Source: Eledone cirrhosa
Lineage: Eukaryota
NCBI GenBank assembly: GCA_964016885.1
Contig: OZ024763.1
Location: 19,468,001 to 19,532,000, forward strand
Length of the DNA stretch: 64,000 bases
Direction: 5' to 3'
Part shown: piece by piece, positions 1 to 12,149 of the stretch
Position numbering within the stretch: position 1 is the stretch's first letter
Layout of the letters: each line of letters starts with the position of its first letter
Notes under the pieces: model-generated
Database searches by the model: none
What the model was told of the DNA's origin: nothing
What the model saw: only the letters and a program-made list of their open reading frames with translations
Position numbers and translations under genes: made by a program

Positions 1-561
1 TGTGTGTTGTTGTATGTCTTTTCAAGTCACTGTTGGAGGCAAATGATTTCCCACATATTTCACAATGGAAGGGTTTCTCTCCAGTGTGACTTCGTATGTG
101 GTTGACAAGAATAGAATTATTGCAGAAAGATTTACCACATATTTCAATGGCAGGGCTTTCCTCCACCGTGTGTTCTATGTCTTTTCAAGCCACTGTTGCA
201 GACAAAAGATTTCACACATATTTCACAGAGGAAGGGTTTTTCTCCAGTGTGTGTTCTTATATGGCTTTTCAAGTCACACCTCAAAACAAAAGATTTACCA
301 CATATTTCACAGTGGAAGGGCTTTTCTCCAGTGCGTCTCCGTATGTGGACGACAAGATTAGGATTATTAGTGAAAGATTTACCACATATTTCACAGTGGA
401 AGGGTTTTTCACCAGTGTGACTCCGTATGTGGATGACTAGAGTAGAATTATTACTGAAAGATTTCCCACATATTTCACAGTGGAAGAGTTTTCTCGTGTG
501 AGGATAGTTTCAGTTTTGAAGAATAAGTTTTCTGGCAAATCTCACAGCTATATTCAGACAT
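1..561 (-). pseudogene. C2H2 zinc-finger array gene, type A copy 1 (frameshifted; runs off window start)
   Basis: Near-identical to 30891-31565 (ATG at 561-559, MSEYSCEIC start, HTGEKPF linkers). Has a ~17-bp deletion near 490 and further small indels near 147-170, so no long minus-strand ORF. Confidence 0.9.
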
Positions 562-2226
562 ATTTCTAGCTAGTGATCTTTACATAAAGGATTCTCACCA
601 CTTTTACTCGTATATTAATAAATGTAGATATCGTTAATAGATACCATATAGTCTAACATACAGTGTCCATAAAAGACTGCAGGACATGGCTTTCTTCTTC
701 TACAAAGTTGTAATGTAGCATTCAGTTGGTACAAGTAAGAAAACACGATAGCGTAAGACTGATCTTGGGCGAAGAAAGGGCAAGTGATTATACATATATA
801 TATGATTATAGTGGAGTATACCACTATTATTTTTGCTTAGGTGAGAGAAGCTCTATGCACACTAAGATCCTCAGCTTATAAAACAGACGAATAAGTCTTC
901 GAAAGATAAGGTTCTTGTTATTGAGAACAGTTCAGGTCACAAGAGAATTAATATTCATAATTTCAAAAGACGATGGTTAATATATATACATAAATATATG
1001 CAGACAGAGTGTGTACGTATGAGAGAGAGAAATAAATAGACGTGTGTGTGTGTAGAAATGTGTATACGTGTAATAAATTAAGATATTTCACTTCAGATAG
1101 TAGAAAAGTTCACAATGTTTGTGCTGTGATGGAAAACGAAATAATACGTACTTTAGTTCTCAAGACCAAATACAAATTCATAAAAAGTTAGGAAAAACTA
1201 AATGTTCACTGATTTCTGATTAAAAAAAATATTTTCCTGTCATGTAATTATTTGAACAACCCACTTCACGATGTTGGGGGTTGTTTGTGATGAAGTGAAA
1301 TATTTAATAGTACAGGTGATAAAACAACGACTATAAGGCAAATAAGTCACCTTATGTTATTTACAAACATTAATGTTCACCTTAATATGAAATAATCAGC
1401 ATAAACTATAAAATTAGATTAGATTTAATTTGTAACGATGGATCCGTTGTAGATATCGTTGCACCGGTGACATGACTGAAAAGTCCCCTACATAATTTAA
1501 CATTCAGAAAAACCTTCAGTTATATTAATTCATACGTTCAATCAATATGCGAGTTCTTTATTTGTATAAATAATATCAATTTTATATGACTGTTCATATT
1601 AAAACAAAACATTATTAAAGATAATAAAATATTTAAAAAATGGAAATGAAAAGAAGAAAATTAAAAACGAATCAAGCAACGGAAATAATGGGAGATGAGT
1701 AGGGACAAGCATTATATTCCAGAGTTGTGATTCAGTCACACTCTACAGACAAAATGGCAAAGCTGTTACCACGGACAATAGACAGAGACACCCACTGCAA
1801 CATCCACCCCATATCATGGGACTCCTTCTTCGAGTGGGCTGCTTTCTTTGTAATATGGAGGTGGAAATCAGCAGTGTGGGGACAAAGAGGAAGTGGTTAT
1901 TCAGGCTCCGGTATTTAACTATTTTCCTCTTCTCTCTATTGCAGGTAGTAAAACGTGGGTTTGTAGCCGAAGTGAAAATGTTGGAGGCAGAGAATGATCC
2001 AACCCATGCTAAACCTTCAACTAATTCTGTTACTTGTCTTTTTCAGTAGTGGATATTAGAGACATGTGGAAGGATATGTCTTGCTTAAGGATACAATGTG
2101 CCTCCCTGGCTGAGAATTGAACATATAATTGGACGTATGACATTATAACAAGAATTGATGTGGTGTGTGACAAACATGTTGGATTGTAGCAGTTTTATTA
2201 ATCACCGTTTAGCAGAGTTATTTAGA

Positions 2227-2534
2227 TGTAGTGAGAAAGTAATGTTTGTTAATTTGTATGATTGTAGTTAAACAAAAGGATTACAAAAGGAATGTGCCAT
2301 TGTACAAGGCTCGAGGCAGGCCAGCAGCCCAAAGTGCCAATCTCACCATTACATATTGTATGAGTCGTTCCTTCGAAGTTCAGGATGCGAGAGACAGATT
2401 CTTCAAATCTTCGCGGGGAATTTCTCCCTCAGGGCGCGTAGGGATACATTCTCTTCTGCTGGCGCTGATTGGCTGAGCTGAGCCAAATCACGCACAGAGA
2501 ATGTATGTGAGCCCGCGGAATGTAGGTCACTACA
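2227..2534. repeat. Possible solo-LTR-like repeat (paralogs near 33436-33743 and 56546-56851)
   Basis: Begins TGTAGTGA and ends TCACTACA (8-bp inverted termini, TG..CA) with an internal hairpin. No TSD seen. Confidence 0.3.
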
Positions 2535-2585
2535 ACATCACTTTTTATATATGTGTGGGAGTACAAATGCATATATATATATATT

Positions 2586-4541
2586 TCGGAAATAGTTGCT
2601 GAAATGCTGAGAGCATCTGGAACGGTGGGACACACTATGGTCACCCGGATAGTAAACCAAGCCATACAGAATGGGTCGTTCCGAAGGACTGGTGTAGCAG
2701 CATCATCATTAACTGCTACAAGGGTAAAGGAGATGCCCTAGTTAGGGGTAACTATAGAGGCATTAAATTAATTGACCAGGTCATGAAGGTCACAGAAAAA
2801 GTAATAGCGCAACTAATCAGAGAGCGAATTGATCTAGATGAAATGCAGTTCGGTTTTGTGTCAGGTAAAAGTACCACAGATGCTCTTTTCCTTGTATGAC
2901 AACTACAGGAGAAGTACCTAGCTAAAAGTAAACCCCTATACTTAGCTTTTGTTGACTTGGGGAAGGCCTTTGACAGAGTCCCCCACTCCATTATCTGGTG
3001 GGCTCTTAGAAAACTAGGTGTTGACGAATGGCTTGTGAGAGCTATACAAGCCATGTATAAAGAAACAGTCAGCAAGGTTAGAATCAACAACAATATAGTG
3101 AAGAATTTAGCATAAAAGTTAGTGTTCATCAGGGCTCCATTCTTAGCCCCCTACTATTTATTATTGCCCTTCAGGCTATAACAGAGGAGTTCAAGACTGG
3201 CTGCCCATGGGAACTCCTATACGCAGATGATCTAACGCTCATAGCTGAATCAATGGCTGAACTAGAGAAGAAATTCCAAACATGGAAGCATGGCCTAGAA
3301 TCAAAAGGCCTTAAAATTAACCTGTCTAAGACTAAAGTTCTAGTTTGTAGGAAGGAAAATAGGGCACCGGTCCCATCTAGGAAATGGCCATGTTCAGTGT
3401 GTAGGAAAGGAGTAGGCAGAAACTCCATTTTATGTCGCAAATGCAAAGTATGGGTGCATAAAAGATGTAGTAGGATCACAGGTAAGCTAACTAAGAATAT
3501 AAATTTTATATGTGGCCGGTGCTCTGGTGCAATAAGTAGCAGCAAGTGCCCACAGAATACTAGCTCATTCCATTGCACAGATGGTTCTATAGAAATAGTG
3601 GACACCTTCCGTGACCTGGGTGACAAAATCAGCAGTGGTGGAGGGTGCTCTGAAAGTACATAGCTAGAGTCAGAATGGGATGGAAAAAGTTCAGAGAGCT
3701 TATACCACTATTGGCCGCTAAACGGTTCTCTCTAAAAATGAAAGGCAGGCTGTATGATGCCTGCATACGAACAGCAATGTTACATGGCAGTGAGACTTTG
3801 GCATTGTGTGCAGAGGATATACGCAGATTGGAGAGGAACGAAGCTTGCATGCTCCACTGGATGTGTAATAGTAATATACGTGAACGGCAAAGCATAAACT
3901 AACTAAGGTAGAAATTAGGAATAAGAGGGATCAGATGTTGTTTATTCGAGAGAAGACTACGTTGGTACGGTCGCGTGATGCGCATGAAAGACGACAGCTG
4001 TATAAAAAAGTGCAGGGCGATAAAAATAGACGGTAGCCACGGAGTAGGCAGACCCAGAAAAACCTGGGACGACTTGATAAATTCCGACCTCACACACTTA
4101 CACCTCTCCAAGACAATGTCACTGGACCGAGATCTTTGGCGCTACACAGTCATACAGAAGACCTGCCTTACCTAAGTACAAAGCGAAAACTACAGTCAGT
4201 AGGCACCTCTAACAAAAACACACCCCCATCCACACCACCCCTTTCAATGTAAAATTATGTTGGTACCACAACATCCAGTCCGAAACAAATGAGGTCGTGT
4301 AGGTGACACGACAAAAAAAACACACAGTCCACGTTGTAATGTGGCCGTGTAGATAACACGGTAAAAACCTCCCAGTTCCACACTGTAAACGTGGTTGGTG
4401 TTAGGAAGGGCATCCAGCCGTAGAAAACCCGCCAGACAGTCCTTTACGAGCAAGACAACCAATCTTGCCTCAAGTGGGAAAATTCCTGTCCAAACCCATG
4501 CAAGCGTGGAAGATGGACGTTAAACAATGCTGATGATGATA
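2586..4541 (+). mobile_element. RTE-clade LINE, 5'-truncated and decayed, with PHD finger inside RT
   Basis: RT motifs NYRGIKL, QFGF, AFVDL.KAFD, QGS.LSP, YADD (3220-3231), then SETL and GRPRKTW. Several frameshifts and stops. ~370-bp 3' UTR ending in a (TGA)n tail. Confidence 0.92.
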
Positions 4542-4700
4542 TATATAAACAAAGAGGGTGTGGTAAGATACCAGGTGGACCATAACGCACCAGAGTACTC
4601 AATACTTGGGGTAATAGAGTGAGTAATATGAAAATATTCAGGACCCCGACCGTTTTGACAGTCGTCGGGTACCTGAGTATTTTCATATATATATATATAT

Positions 4701-5135
4701 CATCATCATCATCATCAACGTTTAACGTCCGTGTTCCACGCTTGCATGGGTTTGGACGGGGTTAGTCCCACTTGAGGCAAGAGTGATTGTCTTGCTCGCA
4801 TAGGACTGTCTGGCAGGTTTTCTACAGTTGGATGCCCTTCCTAACACCAACCACATTTACAGTGTGGGGCTGGGAGGTTTTTACCGTGTTGCCTACACGG
4901 CCACATTACAGCGTGGACTGTGTGTTTTTTTGTCGTGACACCTACACGATCTCATTTGTTTCGGCCTATGGCGCAGCACCAACATAACTTTACATAGAAC
5001 GGGGTGGTGTGGATGGGGTGGGGGTGGTGGTGGGACGGGGTGTATTTTGTTAGGGATGCCTACTGGTTGGAGTAGGTTTTACTATATATTTAGGTAAGGC
5101 GGGTCTTCTCTGTTACTGAGTACCGCCAAAGGTCT
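4701..5135 (-). mobile_element. RTE 3' end fragment (inverted relative to the upstream RTE)
   Basis: (CAT)n tail at 4701, then reverse complement of the RTE 3' UTR (GGATGCCCTTCCTAACACCAACC motif) up to the ORF end. Confidence 0.85.
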
Positions 5136-5829
5136 ATATATATATATATATATATATATAGTGAAAGAGCGAATGAAACAATTGTTAATACTGTAAACCT
5201 TTTTTGTACAGCCGACCATGTTATTCTTCACTCTTTCGCTATTATTACTCCAAGAATCACCTGCATGGGAATTCTCTTAAACTTGCCACCTAACTAAGGA
5301 AACTTCTTGTTGAGTCAAACAACGCTATATGTTAAAACTATAGAAAGGATGAGAAGTTAAATGTTACCTATATCTTTTTATAACTGCAAGTTAAAATCTT
5401 CTAAGGATCTTGTTTGTTTACAAACGTTATGAGAGAAATACGATAGTCGATGAGTTGATTGCTTCTTATAGTGACATGCTTCTGACTTCCAGGATATAAA
5501 TAAATATCTCTTTAACGCTCAATCCTCTATAAATATAATTTTTATTGTCGAAAGGAATATAGTAGGAGTCATTCTGTTATAGTTCTTTATTCTTCCGTAG
5601 TCATCTCCTTGTCTTCCGTGTACTCTGGTGAGAGAGAGTGATCATATATCCATACGCAATTTACCATTGGTATGTTTAACCTTATTGCATATGAAAATGT
5701 TGCTATTGTGAGATATGACGTAGTTCCACTACAAAACTATCCATAGTGCAGAGTACTCACAACCTCTAACTGGATTACCTTAAATACCTTATCCTATATA
5801 TATATACAGTAGGCAAAAGATGTAATGGA

Positions 5830-6540
5830 AAAATGAGTAGTCTAACAGGAAGAGAGATCTTTGTATGTAGACTAGGCACAGCAGTGCTACTGTTATAAAC
5901 TGTTTCCAGTCACAGTAAGGATCTATAGACGTGGTTGATAGCTTCTGCTACCTAGGTGACCTAATTAGCAGCAGAGGAAGGTGTGCCAAGAGTAGAGTGG
6001 CTTGAATAAGGATAGGATTGAAGTTTAGTGAACTACTCCTACTGCTGATAACATAAGGTTTTTCCCTAGACTCAAAAGGAAGGGCAATATGAAGTCTGTG
6101 TGAAAGGTGCAATACTGCAAGATAGAGAAACATGGGCTGTGACTGCAGAGGATGTGATTAAACTGGATAAAAATGAAGCAACCATGTTTTGTTGGATGTG
6201 CAATGTAAATGTGAAAGAAAAGCAGAGCTTGGCCGAGCTGAGGGAGGAGCTGGGTTTATGGGGAGTCCGAGATTAGAGGTGGGAGACATGACTGCTGTGG
6301 TATGGATATGTGATGCACATGGACAATGACCAATGGGTGAAGAAATGCCAGGAAACCCCAATGGAAGGAAGCCGGGGTAGAGGACAACCAAGAAAGACCT
6401 GGGCAAATGTTGTGAGAGCTGAAATCAAATCACTAAGATTGGAAGAGATGATGAAGGAACACATCATTTGGAGAGATGCCATGCTGAGAAGGACCTGTCC
6501 AAGCAATGCAAGCATGAGAAAACAGATGTAATGATGACAA
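5830..6540 (+). mobile_element. Old RTE LINE 3' fragment
   Basis: Degenerate VDSFCYLGD, ETWAVT, WYG.VM and GRGQPRKTW, with a short tail. Paralogs at 12150-12870 and 36180-36890. Confidence 0.85.
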
Positions 6541-7099
6541 TACACAACATATACACTATATATATATATATAAATATGTACATAGTATTTATATATATAT
6601 ATATATAAATACTATGTATATTGTGTATGTGCTATATATAAACAATATATACACTATATATATATATATGAATGCTATGTACATTATGTATGTGCTATAT
6701 ATACACAATATATACGCTATATATATATATATATATTCTACATATATAAAGTATATACTACATATAAATATATATATATGTACTACATACACATTATATA
6801 TAATGTTGTCCAAGGGAATATCTGAAATAGCTTGGCACCAATGAAAGTACCATCCAACAAATATTAAAGTTATAAAATTGTTTTTATTTACACATAAATG
6901 TGGATATTTTGTCACAAATATAAATATAAACCAGTTAGGGTTTATAAATTAAACATATATAAACACATCAATCTTTTGTTTTGAACTGATGGAGTCATAC
7001 AGGTGTCACTGTGGGCATTTAAAGCTTGCTGGAGCCCATCACTCACCAGGTTAGAACAAATGATTTCTTCCAGAGAAGGAGGGAGAATGAGAGAGAGGA

Positions 7100-7380
7100 A
7101 GAACAGACCCCAGTGATAGACTGGTATTGTTTTTTTATCAACCTTGAATGGATAAAAGTGAAAATTGACCTCAGCAGGATTTAAACTCAGAAAGCAGAAA
7201 ACCAGAACAAATATGGCAGAAAGCATTCTATCCATTGTTATATAGACATTAAATAATTGTTTCTACTTTTGACACAAGGCTGGCTATTTGAAGGAAAGGG
7301 GAAAGCAACCCACAGTGCATTACTGGTACTTTATTTCATCGACCATGGCAGGATTTAAATTCAGAACATAAAGGGCTGTA
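7100..7380 (-). mobile_element. Two degenerate tRNA-derived SINE fragments (paralog ~37450-37730)
   Basis: Reverse-complement similarity to the SINE at 32709-32888 (AATTGTTTCTACTTT tail, ACTGGTACTTTATTT..ATCGACC core, B-box remnant). Confidence 0.6.
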
Positions 7381-7965
7381 ACTATATGACACAAAGCATA
7401 TTGTTTGATGCATATTCTATTCAAGCAAGCTACAACACTGATATATATACACAGTGGAGCCTCAAATCCCAAACTCCTCTCATTAAAAACAAATCTGCAC
7501 ATAATAATTCTGAACATAAAACATCTTCATTGATGAACGGTGTCTCAAATAATGAACACACAAGCCAGCAACAAGCTGGGTGTATTAGCAGGAAAGTGTC
7601 ACTTGCTGTGTAGTTAGTTACTATGGCAATATCTATCAGTCTTTTACACTCTATCTCCCTGTATTTGTCTCTTGATATTTCATATGTGAAAAATAGTTTC
7701 AGTTTACAAACAATTTGGCTGACAACTGGCCTTCAGGAATGAATTAGGTTTGTGAACCAAGATTCCTCAGTGTATATATGCTTCAATGTGTAAGAGTAAG
7801 ATTTATCACATTTCACATTTTATACTCTTCCTTTCAATGTGTGTATGTATGTTTCATATTTCCCAGTGATGGGGTTTAACACTTGGGTTGACTACGTTTG
7901 TGAACAACCAGTGAAGAATTCTGAATGAAAAATTTCCCACAAATTTCACATGAATAAGGTTTTTC

Positions 7966-9141
7966 TCATGTGTGTATTCTCTTGTGAACTACAATTTGAG
8001 AACTATCAGAAAAAGATGTCCCACATATTTCACATGAATAAGGTTTTTCTCCAGTGTGTGTTCTTATATGCCTTTTCAAGCCACTGCTCCAGACAAAAGA
8101 TTTTCCACATATTTCACATGAATAAGGTTTTTCTCTAGTGTGACTTTGTATGTGGATGACAAGAGTAGAATTATTGTAGAAAGATTTACCACATGTTTCA
8201 CAATGGAAAGGCTTTTCTCCAGTGTGTTTTGTTCTATGTCTTTTCAAGTCACTGTTGCAGGCAAATGATTTCCTACATATTTCATAATGGAAGGGTTTTT
8301 CACCAGTGTGTATTCTTTTGTGTTTTACAAGAAGAGAACCATGAGAAAAAGATTTCCCACATATTTCACAATGGAACGGTCTTTCACCAGTGTGTATTCT
8401 TTTGTGATCTACCAGTGTAGACCCATGAGAAAACGATTTCCCACATATTTCACATGAATAAGGTTTTTCTCCTGTGTGTATTCTTGTGTGATCTACAAGA
8501 TGAGAACCACGAGAAAAAGATTTCCCACATATTTCACACGAATAAGGTTTTTCTCCTGTGTGTATTCTTTTGTGACGTACAAGATGAGAAGCATGATAAA
8601 ACAATTTCCCACATATTTCACATGAATAAGGTTTTTCTCCTGTGTGTATTCTTTTGTGTGGTACAAGAGCAGAACTTTGAGAAAAAGATTTCCCACATAT
8701 TTCACATGAATAAGGTTTTTCTCCTGTGTGTATTCTTTTGTGTGGTACAAGAGCAGAACTTTGAGAAAAAGATTTCCCACATATTTCACATGAATAAGGT
8801 TTTTCTCCTGTGTGTATTCTTTTGTGACGTACAAGATGAGAACCACGATAAAACAATTTCCCACATATTTCACATGAATAAGGTTTTTCTCCTGTGTGTA
8901 TTCTTTTGTGTGGTACAAGAGCAGAACTTTGAGAAAAAGATTTCCCACATATTTCACACGAATAAGGTTCTTCTCCTGTGTGTATTCTTTTGTGACGTAC
9001 AAGATAAGAACCACGATAAAACAATTTCCCACATATTTCACAGTGGAAGGCTTTTTTTCTACTGTGTATTTTCCCATGTGAGGATAGTTTCAGTTTTGAA
9101 GAGAATGTTTCCCTGCAAATCTCACAGCTATATGCAGACAT
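7966..9141 (-). CDS. C2H2 zinc-finger array protein, type B (14 fingers; last finger lost by nonsense codon)
   Basis: 391-aa ORF of tandem CEICGK-x-H-x3-HTGEKP repeats. AGA>TGA relative to the 38223 paralog; the ancestral frame continues to the stop at ~7876. Finger 11 has C>Y. Confidence 0.9.
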   Translation of the reverse strand: MSAYSCEICRETFSSKLKLSSHGKIHSRKKAFHCEICGKLFYRGSYLVRHKRIHTGEEPYSCEICGKSFSQSSALVPHKRIHTGEKPYSCEICGKLFYRGSHLVRHKRIHTGEKPYSCEICGKSFSQSSALVPHKRIHTGEKPYSCEICGKSFSQSSALVPHKRIHTGEKPYSCEICGKLFYHASHLVRHKRIHTGEKPYSCEICGKSFSRGSHLVDHTRIHTGEKPYSCEICGKSFSHGSTLVDHKRIHTGERPFHCEICGKSFSHGSLLVKHKRIHTGEKPFHYEICRKSFACNSDLKRHRTKHTGEKPFHCETCGKSFYNNSTLVIHIQSHTREKPYSCEICGKSFVWSSGLKRHIRTHTGEKPYSCEICGTSFSDSSQIVVHKRIHT

Positions 9142-9929
9142 ATTTTTAGCTATTGATCTTTACATAAAGGATTCTCACCACTTATACTCATATATTAAGA
9201 AATGGAGATATCGTAAATAGATGATTTGTATTCCACATTACAGTGTCTATAAAAGACTGCAAAACTCGGCTTTCTTCTTCTTGAAAGTTGTAATGTACCA
9301 TTCAGTTGGTACCAATAAGAGATATGACAGCGTAAGACTGATTTTCGACGAAGAAAGTTGAAGCGTGTATTATATATATTTATCATTCAAATTACAAGTT
9401 ATATGCATATATCTTTTATAGTGTGTACATGTGCCAGAGGGAGAGTGAGATAAATAGGCGCGCGTGTGTGAGTAGAAATATGTATGTACGTGTTGTAATA
9501 AATCAAGACTTTTCACTTCAGATACTGGAAAAGTTCACAATGTTTGTGCTGTGATGAAAAACGAAATAATACGTACTTTAGTTTTCACGACCAGATATAA
9601 AGTGAAGAAAAATAAGAACTAATTGTTCAGTGATTTCTGATTAAAAAAACATTTTGCATGTCCTGTAAAATGTTGAATAACCACTTCACGGTGCAGTGCG
9701 TTGTTTGTGATGAAATGAAATATTTAATAATACAGGTGATAAAACAACAAATATAAGGTAAATAAGTCACCTTATGTTATTTACAAACATCAACGTCCAC
9801 CTTAATATGAAATAATCACCATAAAAGATAAAATTAGATTAGGTATAAGTTGTAACAATGGCTACTTGAAGCCGGTGTCATGACTTAAAAGTCCCTTACA
9901 TAATTTAATACATTCAGAAACAACTTCCA

Positions 9930-10105
9930 TCAGTATCAGTAGAGAGTCGGACGCCATACTTTCCAGCATAGTTACGTCCCTTTACGATCTGAGTTCAAAT
10001 CCCGCCGAGGTTGACTTTGCCTTTCATCCTTACGGGGTCGATAAAATAAAGTACCAGTAATGCACTGGGTGATTGCTGGCCTTGTGCCTAAAGTAGAAAC
10101 AATTA
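9930..10105 (+). mobile_element. tRNA-derived SINE, near full length
   Basis: B box GAGTTCAAATCC, core GTTGACTTTGCCTTTCATCC..GGGGTCGATAAAATAAAGTACCAG, tail AAAGTAGAAACAATT. Tail plus flank is duplicated at ~10115-10150. Confidence 0.85.
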
Positions 10106-10755
10106 TATCAATTCACTTGTACCAAAAGTAGAAACAATTATATCAATTCACACGTTCTATCAATATGCGCACAATTTATTTAGATTTGTATAAATAACAT
10201 TAATTTTACATTGCTGTTTATATTACAACAAAACACATTATTAGAGGTAATAAACTAGAAATGTAAAGAACGAAAAATGAAAAAGAATGAAGCATGTAAA
10301 ATAATGAGAGGGGGAGAGGGACAGACAATATACTCCTGTCTGAGCTATGACTCAGCCCCACCCTACAGACAAAATGGCAAAGGTGTTACCACGGAGAATA
10401 GCCTGAGACGCACTGCCACATCCACTCCACCTCATGGAACTCCTTCCTCAAGTGGACTGTTGTCTTTCTAATGTTGAGGAAGAAATAAGCAGTGTGGGGA
10501 CAAAGAGGAAGTGGTTAGTCAGGCCCTGGTATTTAACTATCTTCCTCTTCTCTCTATTGCAGTAATAAAACCTGGATTTGTGGCCGCAGTGAAAAGGTTG
10601 GAGGCAGAGAATGATCAAACCCATACTAAACCTACAACTAATTCCGCTACTTATCTTTTTCAGCTGTGGATATTAGAGACATGTGGAATGATGTGTCTTG
10701 CTTAAGGACACAATGTATCTCCCTGGTTGAGAATTGAACACATAATAGGATGTAT

Positions 10756-10787
<32 letters not shown>

Positions 10788-10789
<2 letters not shown>

Positions 10790-11345
10790 GAATCAAATGC
10801 TGTGTGCAGGAGAGGAGGATGCATTGGTATGGACAAGTGATGCGTATGAAGGACGACAATTGCATAAAAAAGTGCACAGCACTAAAATTTTATTGAAGCC
10901 ATGGAGTGCGGAGAAACAAGAAGACCTGTGATGAGGTGATAAAAGCAGATCTTGCGCAATTGCACCTCTCAACTGCGATGACACAGGATCATGACCTCTG
11001 GCATCACGCAGTAATACAGAAGACCCGACTTCCCATGGAAACACGCTAAAGCTGAAGCATATATACAGTAAGCTCCCAACCCCATCCACTGCAAAATCGT
11101 CGTTGAGGTGTCTTGACAAAAAAAACACCCAAACCACATTGTAAAATGGTTGTATAGGCGCCACGGAAAAAAAGCACCCAGTACTCACTGTATGAGGTTG
11201 GAGATAAGGGCATCCTGCTGTAGAAATCAAGCCAAAATCAGTTCCCATATGAGCAAGACAAGGTCACCCGACCTAACATTGCTCACTTCAGGACAACCCA
11301 TCTAACCCATGCTTGCGTGAACGAATGGACGTAAAATGGTGATAT
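10788..11345 (+). mobile_element. RTE LINE 3' fragment with long 3' UTR
   Basis: RGIKCCVQERR..WYG.VMRMKDD C-terminus, then 3' UTR with AAGGGCATCC motif and GGACGTAAAATGGTGAT tail. Confidence 0.85.
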
Positions 11346-12149
11346 GTGTGCGTGTATGTGTACTTATGCATATATGTGTGTATAGGCATATATGTGTGTG
11401 TATAGACATTTATGTGTGTGTGAGCATACATATGCTTATATATGTGCCTGTGAACATATATAGCAATAATTTGAGGGTAGTTGATTGTGTTTTAGTGTTG
11501 GTTCATTTGTTGCTGTGTGATGTGGTCACTGTTGTGTGATAGTGTGACCACAGGTTGCATGTGTGAAGGTAAGTGAGTAAGTGTTCATTATGATGATATG
11601 ATAGTTCCTTGATCATGCAGAAAAGGAATATATATAAATGAACCACAATAACACAAAACCACTATATTATTAATTTATTGAAAATAGCTTACACCGAAGC
11701 TATATGAAAAATACACAGGAATTATGGATGTTATTTGTTTGTTGTAAAAGTACAGTTGAAGTCGTATTTATTAAGAAAGCTTCATGAACTTCACTGGCTG
11801 GGTTGAGAGAGAAACCAAGGGATAGAGATTGAGTGAAAGAGAGAAAGTAAGAGTTAGTGAGACAAAACAGTCTGTGGAAAGCAATAGTTTACATGTTTAC
11901 TCCAAGAAATGCTCCAAAATGCTTGGCCTGGTCTAAGACTATTTATCTATGTCACTTCCTCTGTCTCCAAGGCTTGAGAACAAAGAGCTGATCTTTTGAG
12001 GTTGCCCAATCTCAGACCTGTTGGCGCTCAATAGGAGATAACCCAGAAAATTACCGTTAAATGTCATCCAGGGGTCAACGTGTGGACAGATTTTGCTACA
12101 CATATGCATATATATATACGGTATATATATATAGTACACAAAATATGGG

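Noticed and set aside
4630-4686. Hammerhead-like hairpin (CCGACGA..AAAAcggTC on minus strand)
   Set aside because: Both core boxes are mutated and stem II is missing; at most a dead relic.
7452-7772. Possible old Tigger-like MITE (CAGTGGAGCCTC start)
   Set aside because: The right terminus is too degenerate to support a call.
7876-9141. 84-bp periodic repeats resembling a CRISPR-like repeat/spacer array
   Set aside because: These are coding C2H2 finger units in a eukaryotic context with no cas genes.
8454-9149. Long plus-strand ORFs antisense to the ZNF genes (also 31047-31505, 38717-39178, 58848-59309)
   Set aside because: Expected by-product of repetitive C2H2 codon structure; no independent coding signal.
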